64,000 nt of DNA from Candidatus Poseidoniales archaeon (GTDB lineage Archaea; Thermoplasmatota; Poseidoniia; Poseidoniales; Thalassarchaeaceae). The translations under genes were made by a program, and so were the position numbers. The stretch spans positions 13,817-77,816 of the forward strand of contig DTUF01000047.1 of NCBI GenBank assembly GCA_012964335.1, in the 5' to 3' direction. Positions 56,913 through 64,000 of this stretch are shown here, one piece after another; the stretch's first letter is position 1, and every line of letters starts with the position of its first letter. Below the pieces are notes generated by a model that saw only the letters and a list, made by a program, of their open reading frames with translations, was not told where the DNA came from and did not search any database.

Positions 56913-59396
56913 TTAATTTCTCATCTTTGAGAGGCGTCTCATTTTCTTCTCTTGCTCCTTGAGAAGTAACTTGCACCGACGAATTTGTTCCTTTGCCATT
57001 TTAGCATGGTCGCCAGCCAGTGGGCTGACTCTCTTATCCGACATGCCTTGTTCAAAGCACTTTATTGCATCAGAGTAGCGTTCAACTTCTGCATAGGCTG
57101 TCCCCATGTTGTATAGGGTTGCACCAGTTACTCCAGCAGGGTTTACTCTCATTGCTTCGTGGTAGGCATCAATACAATCGCTAAATTTCTTAAGGTAGTA
57201 AAATGCATTTCCCCTAGCGTTGAGAATCCTCACTACCATTTCATCATCATTGACGAAAGTGGGTAACGCTCTGTCAAAACATGCAAGGGCTTCTTTGTAC
57301 TTTTCATCTGTAAGAAGTGAGAGTCCTTTGTTGTACCACTGTACATCTTGATTGGAAATTGAACTACTATCAATTTTCCCCGATCCCAATATTGCAGGCG
57401 GAGGTGTGTTTGATGCAACGTCTAAAGCAGCCTTGGCCAAGTCAACTTCTGGGGATGCTTCAGTTTGTATTATTGGCTCTGGCTCTGGTGTGGTATCCAA
57501 AATTTCCTCAGCAGCAACAATCTCTTCAGATGTTTGATCTTCAGCATCATCGCTCGAATCTGTATCATCACTTGAATCGGATTGTGAATCCGTATCTCCC
57601 CACGGGTTATCTGCCCATGGGTCATCGGTAGCAACTTCTTCAGGTTCAGTTGATGTTTCTAGTTGTGGTGTATCTTCAATTTCTGGTTGTGGCTCCGGTT
57701 CTTGAACAGGTTCAGGTTCTTGTACTGGTTCAAGTTCAGGTTCAGAAGGAGTTGTGACAGATGGTTCGCTAACCTCTGGTGTTGGGCTGCTTTCCCCAGT
57801 TAGTGAAGCGATTTTCGCTCGGCATTTCTCTGCAGTTACTTGGTCCCCAGCCGCGATGAATGTTTTTCTCATTCCGGTCCATAAACCTGGATTATCGCGG
57901 TCAGTTTCAATCAGAGACCTCCATGCCTTCACTGCTTCAGGATATGAACCGGATAAGGTCATGGCTCTAGCACGTAGTTGGACATTTTCTGAAGACCCAT
58001 TATCTGGTATGAACTTCAATGCTTCAGAGGCTAATTCGGGCCCTTCTGGTATTGTGGTTGGGATTTCCTTTGCCATTTCTAAGACTTCGCCTTCACCCTC
58101 AGCAATAGCAATTAGAATTCCAGCGAAAGTTGGACCGCCATTGTGCTCAGGCTCATGTGAAAGTAGAGCCCTCCATGATTCAATCGCTAATGTTAGTGTT
58201 CCGTTTGCAGTATGAATTTCGGCTAATGCTGCCGACGCTTTGGTATAATCAGGTCGTAACCCCAAAGCGGCGTCAAAACATGTGATTGCGGTTTCTTCGT
58301 GGCCGTTTCGACGATGTAGTGCCCCGAGATTGTACCATGATGCAGCATCGGTATTATCTAAGTCAAGTGCGTAAGTAAATGCTTCTATCGAATTGTCTAT
58401 GAGCGATAATCGAGCCATTGAGGCTGCAGCAACTCTCCATGCCCTTGGGTGTTGTGAGGCTTCGTTGTGAAGTAAATCCCTAAGGAGTTCTAATCCTTGT
58501 TCTGGTTGATTTTGCTTGATTAAATTGGCAGCATCTTCAACAATTGCATCTAAATCAAGTTCAGGTGCAATGTATGGCTGTTCGATAACCTCGGGTGCAG
58601 GCTCCGGTTCAACTGGTGCGACGGTAATTTCCTCTGCAGTAGCAGTTGGTACAACTCCAGTTTCAATAGTGGGAGATTCTTCTGCTGGCCCTTGGTTTGA
58701 AATCCGTGCTAAATCCGGGTGAGAGGGGAATGATTTCAAGGCTCTATGAGCAAAGGTAGCAGCCTCTGCAGTACTTCCTGTCCGGTCTAGTAGAACCGCT
58801 AGATTAGCAGCGGCTGGCCCATGGTCCGTTTGCATATCTAAACAAACTTTGAAGGCTTTCGCAGCTTCATCAACTTGGCCACTCATCTCATGAATCACAC
58901 CTCTGTTGAACCATGCCATTGCATTACTTGGGTCAGATGCTATTACTCGATTGAAAATTTTCATTGCTTGATGTTCGCGTCCTTCAGAGACTAGTAATTC
59001 ACCCTGTGTTATTAGTGATTCTAAATCTTCATTGTCTTCGTCAAAATCTTCTTGTTTAGCCTGTTGTGAGGTATCTCCTCCAATCTTATCTCTGACTTTA
59101 TCGACAGCATCTGTTCCTGCTTGTTTAACAGTGGAGAAAACTGGTACAACATGGTCCCCGATTTTCTGAGTAGCTCTTTGTAGCGAACCGACTAAATCAC
59201 CTTCAACAGATACTGCATCTCGAACTTCGGATTCTACTTTTTGGACGATTTCTGAAACCTTTTCCTTAACTTGAACTATTTTTGAAGGCACTCCGAATAG
59301 GTCACCTTGGCACGCTGGGCATACTGCCTCAAGCCCTTCTAATTGGTGTTCACAGTGAGGGCAATTATCATGTCCGTGTTCAGCCATACGTTCCAC
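56913..59396 (-). CDS. TPR-repeat protein with an N-terminal zinc ribbon and acidic low-complexity linkers
   Basis: 'CPHCEHQLEGLEAVCPACQG' at the N-terminus. Multiple TPR units ('AMAWFNRGVIHEMSGQVDEAAKAFKVCL', 'ASWYNLGALHRRNGHEETAITCFDAAL', 'ATLYNMGTAYAEVERYSDAIKCFEQGM'). (E/P)-rich linkers. Confidence 0.65.
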   Translation of the reverse strand: MERMAEHGHDNCPHCEHQLEGLEAVCPACQGDLFGVPSKIVQVKEKVSEIVQKVESEVRDAVSVEGDLVGSLQRATQKIGDHVVPVFSTVKQAGTDAVDKVRDKIGGDTSQQAKQEDFDEDNEDLESLITQGELLVSEGREHQAMKIFNRVIASDPSNAMAWFNRGVIHEMSGQVDEAAKAFKVCLDMQTDHGPAAANLAVLLDRTGSTAEAATFAHRALKSFPSHPDLARISNQGPAEESPTIETGVVPTATAEEITVAPVEPEPAPEVIEQPYIAPELDLDAIVEDAANLIKQNQPEQGLELLRDLLHNEASQHPRAWRVAAASMARLSLIDNSIEAFTYALDLDNTDAASWYNLGALHRRNGHEETAITCFDAALGLRPDYTKASAALAEIHTANGTLTLAIESWRALLSHEPEHNGGPTFAGILIAIAEGEGEVLEMAKEIPTTIPEGPELASEALKFIPDNGSSENVQLRARAMTLSGSYPEAVKAWRSLIETDRDNPGLWTGMRKTFIAAGDQVTAEKCRAKIASLTGESSPTPEVSEPSVTTPSEPELEPVQEPEPVQEPEPQPEIEDTPQLETSTEPEEVATDDPWADNPWGDTDSQSDSSDDTDSSDDAEDQTSEEIVAAEEILDTTPEPEPIIQTEASPEVDLAKAALDVASNTPPPAILGSGKIDSSSISNQDVQWYNKGLSLLTDEKYKEALACFDRALPTFVNDDEMVVRILNARGNAFYYLKKFSDCIDAYHEAMRVNPAGVTGATLYNMGTAYAEVERYSDAIKCFEQGMSDKRVSPLAGDHAKMAKEQIRRCKLLLKEQEKKMRRLSKMRN

Positions 59397-59559
59397 TCAG
59401 GCAGTGACCCGTTAGTGTCACGGATAAGTGTTCGCTGTTGTAGTATAGTAAATAATCAATAATTTCTAACCCATTTTTGTCTATCATCAATTGTTGATGA
59501 GAATAGATTAAATGAAAATCGCAGCCCCTATTGAATAGCAATTCTGTAGTATCAAACAA

Positions 59560-60879
59560 TCAAACCCCGCCTGCTTCAACTAGTGATTCTAAGTGTTCAA
59601 CTGAGCGTTTCGCTGCGGCAGCAACTTCTGAATCTTCATCTTGCATGGCATTTGCAAGTATTGGGACAACTGCAGGGAATGGATATCTGGCTAGTATTTC
59701 GACAGCTAATCTTCGGATTGATGCAGATTCATCTTTCGCAGCAATTAGAACCGCATCCATGGCATTCTCTCCTGAAAAATTTGAAAATTGCTTGAGTGCA
59801 GAATATCGCACTTCAAGATCATCATCAAGTAATCCCTGTTTTAGAAGTGGTATATCTGAAGGGTGTGAACTTCTTCCTATTGCTTGATGGGCAAATTTCC
59901 GAACTCCTGCGTCAGAATCTTGAATTGCTTCTTCAAGAATTTCGTTGGCGACTGAATCTTCTAATCGACCTAGAGCCGTGACACATCCCCGTCTCACAAG
60001 TGGGTTTTCATGACGGATGCCTTTGATTAAAGAATCAAAATGGCCAATCATCACAAGTGACGCAGTCGCTGCAGTATGGAGTTTATCTTCCGATAATATC
60101 TCTACCAAGGTTGGTGCGCCTTTGACATCTCCAATCATGCCTAAAGCCTCAATCATTTGGATTCTACTTTCATCATCATTACTTTTATCAGATGCTAATT
60201 CAGATAGTTTCCTAGTCGCTCTATATCCCAGTCTAAAAGCCATTTCCGGATCTTTTCCGGCTACAGCAACTCCTTCTTGAATGGTTTGATTAATACCGAC
60301 AATTCTAATCACCGTTTGAACAATCATATAATCAATAGAGAGGAGAATAAACATCACGAGGTGACGCCCACCAGATGCGTCTAGTTTCACCCCGGAGATA
60401 TGAACGCCATATACTTCTGACCAATCAAGGAACGAGCGGAATAATAGGTCAAGACCAAACAATCCCCAAGTTTTCCAGGTAGACCCTTCTGGTGCATCAA
60501 ATAAATCGAACAATGAATGTGAACTTTGTAGTAACATTGGCACAAGTAGAAACATCTGCAATGCTGCTAAAGCAGCGGTAATCCTTAAATCTGGTAAATT
60601 ATCAGGATTCGCATCGTCTAATTTTTTAGCAATTCTAGCCCGAAATGACTCATTTTGAGCCCAAGCTCTGCCAACTGCGAGAACGCCGATATATCCAATC
60701 CAAAGTACCACAAATCCGAAGATTTCTGGCGCATAAATTGCTATGAAGTAGATGACACTGTAAACTGAAATGAATAGAAAATGTCGTAGAATTGGGTTTA
60801 CGATTGATACACCAAATATTTTTGCGTAACTCGCTAGGAATTCATCCAAGGTGTGAAAGAAGTGCTTTACCCTCTGCAA
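59560..60879 (-). CDS. Membrane protein with a C-terminal HEAT (PBS-lyase-type) repeat domain
   Basis: About 5 N-terminal TM helices. C-terminal repeats 'NPLVRRGCVTALGRLED', 'DSDAGVRKFAHQAIGRS', 'DDDLEVRYSALKQFSNF', 'DESASIRRLAVEILARY', 'DEDSEVAAAAKRSVEHL'. Confidence 0.6.
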   Translation of the reverse strand: MQRVKHFFHTLDEFLASYAKIFGVSIVNPILRHFLFISVYSVIYFIAIYAPEIFGFVVLWIGYIGVLAVGRAWAQNESFRARIAKKLDDANPDNLPDLRITAALAALQMFLLVPMLLQSSHSLFDLFDAPEGSTWKTWGLFGLDLLFRSFLDWSEVYGVHISGVKLDASGGRHLVMFILLSIDYMIVQTVIRIVGINQTIQEGVAVAGKDPEMAFRLGYRATRKLSELASDKSNDDESRIQMIEALGMIGDVKGAPTLVEILSEDKLHTAATASLVMIGHFDSLIKGIRHENPLVRRGCVTALGRLEDSVANEILEEAIQDSDAGVRKFAHQAIGRSSHPSDIPLLKQGLLDDDLEVRYSALKQFSNFSGENAMDAVLIAAKDESASIRRLAVEILARYPFPAVVPILANAMQDEDSEVAAAAKRSVEHLESLVEAGGV

Positions 60880-61082
60880 TTCAATCCCTCAAAGATGCTA
60901 CGCATCTTGTTTACCCTTTGATGGTTTCAGAGGAAAAAATAGTTTTACGGTCATTTACAAACCAAATAATTGTCACCACCCGTTAGCTTTCCTCAATTAA
61001 CAATATTCGATTAGTCACAATATGTCGCCGTTCCAAAAAGAATGCTCAATATCATAAACATCTACCCCTGCCACAAACAAAT

Positions 61083-61247
61083 ATGCCGCCTGGCTGGTAC
61101 ATTCTGTTACTAGTCTGCGCTCTTTGCGGGGCTGGCGTGTGGTATCTATCAAATTTCACTCAAAAAGTTGAATGGCTCAGGTTGCTATCAGGTATTGGCA
61201 TTTGTTCAATGTTGGCGTTAGTGATTTGGACATGGCAAATTACCTAG
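61083..61247 (+). CDS. Candidate small 2-TM protein (54 aa), absent from the 60-aa ORF track
   Basis: Own translation: MPPGWYILLLVCALCGAGVWYLSNFTQKVEWLRLLSGIGICSMLALVIWTWQIT*. Two hydrophobic helices. It ends 8 nt before (or overlaps) the start of the PqqD-like gene. No other support. Confidence 0.3.
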   Translation: MPPGWYILLLVCALCGAGVWYLSNFTQKVEWLRLLSGIGICSMLALVIWTWQIT

Positions 61248-61255
61248 GTGGTCTG

Positions 61256-61762
61256 ATGTCTGAAGTAAAGGGTAGTGGTGAAGATAGAGAATCTAGTTTA
61301 GTAGGCTCTTTCCCAATACGTGCTCCTGTTTGGTGGGGTAGGAGAGGAGATTCTCGTTCTCATCCCGAATTACCAGGTGTTTCAGGGAGATTCATCCTTT
61401 TATGTCATCCAAAATCATTCCGTAGGTTTGAAGGTATGTTAGCGAAATTATTACGAGCACCGAAAGATCTTCGTCGACCACTTGATGAGATGAATAGCCT
61501 TCTATGGGAATTGAGTAACGGCCACAGGACTTTTGAAGAAATAGTTGAAATCATGGATGAAACTTTTACTGAGCAAATCGCCCCTGCCCCAGAGCGAACC
61601 GAAGCGGCCTTACGATTACTTGGTGAACGTGGTTTTTTATTATTTTCTAAAACAGAATTTGAAGATGTTTGGCTTACAGGACCTGGTATCAATCCTAGTG
61701 GGGAGATTATTCAGATAAATGGAGTTGATACTTCACCCATTGATGGAGATAAAATTGAATAA
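61256..61762 (+). CDS. PqqD-family (RiPP-recognition-element-like) protein
   Basis: 'RRPLDEMNSLLWELSNGHRTFEEIVEIMDETFTEQIAPAPERTEAALRLLGERGFLLFSK' parallels PqqD '[31 protein letters not shown]...VVEFLQIACQQKWI'. Start candidates are ATG 61232 or 61256; the track start at 61172 is unlikely. Confidence 0.45.
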   Translation: MSEVKGSGEDRESSLVGSFPIRAPVWWGRRGDSRSHPELPGVSGRFILLCHPKSFRRFEGMLAKLLRAPKDLRRPLDEMNSLLWELSNGHRTFEEIVEIMDETFTEQIAPAPERTEAALRLLGERGFLLFSKTEFEDVWLTGPGINPSGEIIQINGVDTSPIDGDKIE

Positions 61763-64000
61763 TCAATTTTTACTTCCACATCTACTACAAACTTGCTGTC
61801 CCTGTCTACATTGTGCATGGCTGTATATGCCACAATCAGGGCATTCAATCCATTGGTCCGTATGAGTTAATTTCCTGTCGCAGAAACCGCAATTTACTTG
61901 TGGTAAATTTTGTCCACCTTCTTTATCTAAGTCAATTATTTCCGTTTGTTCTTGTGGAATCGGTTCAGTTTCACCCTCGGAGTTTGGCGGTGAAAGGGTA
62001 TCTAATGCAGATGCTGTATCGGGAAGATTATCCCCCTCTTCCTCACTGACAGTTTGTTCAGTCACACCCAAACTACCGAAGGCTAGATTCAGATTTTGTT
62101 GTTCATTTTGAGGTTGTGGCACAGGTTGTACCTGTTGGTGGGTTACTTGAGTTTGGTGGGATTGAACTTGTTGAGCGTAATCTGCTTGATTCTGATGTGC
62201 TTGATTTGCAGCAGCAACTCCAGCAATTTCATTTCCTTCTTCTCGGCGTAATTCAGCAATCTTATCTTCAGACCAGCCAGCTGCTCTATATTGTTCATCT
62301 GTAATACTACTCTGTTGAGGCATTACAGCAGGTGCGACTTGTTGAGGGATAATGGCACTGGGTTGTGAAACATGTCGTTGGACCGAAGCAACAGGTACAT
62401 CTTCTTCATCGTCATATTCATCATCTTCATCAATAGTTTTTCTCCGTTTATTTATTGCAATAACCATCAAACTAACAAATAACAAGAAAACTAAACCGGC
62501 AACCCCAATCATGACTGGTAATTCTTGGTCAAGTTCAATCAATCCAAAAATTAGACCCCCTTCTTCATTTTTCTCTTCAATAATTGTTAGTTCGGCAATA
62601 GTATACCACAAAGTCTCATTTTCACTGGTAACTGATAGTTCTAATGGAACATAATCTGCTTTGTCTGGTGCGGTAAACTCACAATCCCAGCCAATATTCC
62701 GTCCAGAAGGGTCGTTAGTTGATGGGATAACCAAGTTCCATGCATATGTTGTTTGGTCTAAATTATTACATTTTACAGACCAAGCTTCCCCTTCTGAAAT
62801 GCTAAGTTGTAATTCTTCAGTAAATGAAGAATAACTAGTGACATTTACTTTGAATAGCATTCTTTGTCCTGGATTCAAATCAGATATTTGTGAAAGTGTA
62901 TTTTCAAAGTTCAATTCTCTGTGAGAGGTGATTGTTAGAATTAGTGTCTCGTTGATGGTTTGTGGGTTACCTTGATTGTCGTCACTAGCTTCAAACACAA
63001 TGGAAAAGATCACTCTAGTTCCAACTGGTAAATCTGAAGATACCGTAATCAACCATTGTAATTCTTTATTTTGTTGAGGTGGAAGACCCAAATCCATCCA
63101 TTGGTTCAATTGAAGGCTTGTCCCACCATTTGAGAGAGTTGAAGTAATTCCAGGCAATAGTGTATTTGCAACTATTCGAATGCGCATCGCTCCATCTACA
63201 GCATTTCCGTCATTTAGTACTCCAAGTGTGACTAAATGTATGGAATCAGTTCTTACATCAAGGCTATTTGTACTCATTGAGAGAACTGGCTTTGTAACTC
63301 GATTAGTCCGAATTGAAAAAGAGTAACTATTGTCATCAGGATTCAAGTCGGTTCCATCACTTGGTACAACTGTTACGTCAATATCAATTTCGAGATTTGC
63401 TTCTTCCCCTCCAGGTGGAGTGAAAATAATTTGAACTTGAACGATGTGATTATTTTCGTAAGATGGAGATAGGGAAATAGGGCCGGTTAATTCAGTAGCC
63501 CCCACTTCTATATGATATTGCCAAGTGCTTGGGATCCCTTCTACAATTAGTATCGCATGCTCTGGTCCATTACCATTATTTTCAATCTCAAAAGTAGCTG
63601 AAGAAGATTCACCAGGGGTGACATTCGTTGGATTACCCAAGACTCTGAGGATGATGTCATGGAGCATAGTAACTCTGACCCCACCATAAGCAGTTGAAAG
63701 CGAAGTGGTGCCTGATGATGTACTAGTCACAATTGGAGTAAGAAGTGGTGCTGGGTCACCTGATTGTGCATTCGCAGGGGCAGTCAAGGTGATGAGAATC
63801 CTGCCACTTTCACCTGCTCTTACAACTAATGTAGTGGTTGCCGGAAGTGTTGCATTCCAACCCCGCATATTTGTCGTGTCTAGTGCGAAAGTAAAGGTAT
63901 CCTGACTTGTTGCATTATTCCAGACAGTGAAAGGTATAATTACTGATTCAGTAGGTTCAACCCACCACCCATCAGGGGGGATGTCAACGGGGTTAACACT
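61763..64000 (-). CDS. Large cell-surface protein (CARDB/NEW3-like beta-sandwich repeats), TM anchor, Q-rich cytoplasmic tail ending in a zinc ribbon; 5' end outside the window
   Basis: The minus-strand frame stays open from 63868 to base 64000 (I checked every codon; there is no stop), so the gene is truncated by the window. Repeated 'xITLTAPANAQSGD / ITVSSDLPVGT'-type motifs. TM segment 'VMIGVAGLVFLLFVSLMVIAI'. C-terminal 'CGFCDRKL...CPDCGIYSHAQC...CSRCG'. Confidence 0.6.
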   Translation of the reverse strand, partial: SVNPVDIPPDGWWVEPTESVIIPFTVWNNATSQDTFTFALDTTNMRGWNATLPATTTLVVRAGESGRILITLTAPANAQSGDPAPLLTPIVTSTSSGTTSLSTAYGGVRVTMLHDIILRVLGNPTNVTPGESSSATFEIENNGNGPEHAILIVEGIPSTWQYHIEVGATELTGPISLSPSYENNHIVQVQIIFTPPGGEEANLEIDIDVTVVPSDGTDLNPDDNSYSFSIRTNRVTKPVLSMSTNSLDVRTDSIHLVTLGVLNDGNAVDGAMRIRIVANTLLPGITSTLSNGGTSLQLNQWMDLGLPPQQNKELQWLITVSSDLPVGTRVIFSIVFEASDDNQGNPQTINETLILTITSHRELNFENTLSQISDLNPGQRMLFKVNVTSYSSFTEELQLSISEGEAWSVKCNNLDQTTYAWNLVIPSTNDPSGRNIGWDCEFTAPDKADYVPLELSVTSENETLWYTIAELTIIEEKNEEGGLIFGLIELDQELPVMIGVAGLVFLLFVSLMVIAINKRRKTIDEDDEYDDEEDVPVASVQRHVSQPSAIIPQQVAPAVMPQQSSITDEQYRAAGWSEDKIAELRREEGNEIAGVAAANQAHQNQADYAQQVQSHQTQVTHQQVQPVPQPQNEQQNLNLAFGSLGVTEQTVSEEEGDNLPDTASALDTLSPPNSEGETEPIPQEQTEIIDLDKEGGQNLPQVNCGFCDRKLTHTDQWIECPDCGIYSHAQCRQGQQVCSRCGSKN

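Noticed and set aside
57640-57760. Imperfect ~18-bp tandem periodicity (ggttcaggttcttg...)
   Set aside because: It is a coding low-complexity (E/P/V/Q) linker of the TPR protein on the minus strand, not an independent repeat element.
1-64000. Search for transposases, integrases, att-like direct repeats, toxin-antitoxin pairs, restriction-modification genes or other defence genes
   Set aside because: None recognised by motif inspection. The window looks like core chromosome plus surface-protein genes rather than a mobile or defence island.

Overview
This 64 kb window reads as an archaeal chromosome. The archaeal markers are a two-domain tRNA-splicing endonuclease (EndA), archease, geranylgeranyl reductase, a TrmB-type regulator, family B DNA polymerase, a CcmE with the CxxxY motif, and an archaeal-type SRP (7S) RNA. 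The low-to-mid 40s % GC (estimated by eye) and the many very large secreted or anchored proteins carrying thrombospondin-type-3 (TSP3) Ca-binding repeats, PKD domains and peptidases fit a planktonic euryarchaeote of the Marine Group II/Poseidoniales kind. That taxon is my inference, not a measurement. I support about 45 protein-coding genes. Housekeeping genes include pyrD/pyrK, valS, type IA topoisomerase, Fe/Mn SOD, an IscA-like protein, aminotransferase, 2-hydroxyacid dehydrogenase, Xaa-Pro aminopeptidase, and an fdhD plus NAD-type formate dehydrogenase operon. One clear unannotated ncRNA, the SRP RNA, lies on the minus strand at about 15680-15992, under several spurious ORFs of the six-frame track. 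I saw no tRNA, rRNA, CRISPR array, transposase or integrase, and no recognisable defence system. The items most worth follow-up are: (1) a tight DNA-damage neighbourhood made of an SRAP/HMCES peptidase, a RecA-fold protein with a destroyed P-loop, a divergent PolB with degenerate exonuclease and motif B/C residues, and a coupled 84-aa ORF; (2) a GC-rich, helix-closed ~210 nt candidate structured RNA upstream of topA that I could not assign to a family; (3) a lipobox-anchored PNGase F-like protein fused to TSP3 repeats; (4) an ~11.9 kb co-directional surface-protein gene string; (5) a TatC with a ~190-aa Cys-containing C-terminal extension; (6) an orphan PqqD/RRE-like protein preceded by an untracked 54-codon 2-TM ORF; (7) a perfect 14-bp palindrome in the trmB-like/fdhD divergent promoter. 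All homology calls come from motif recognition by eye. No database search was run.
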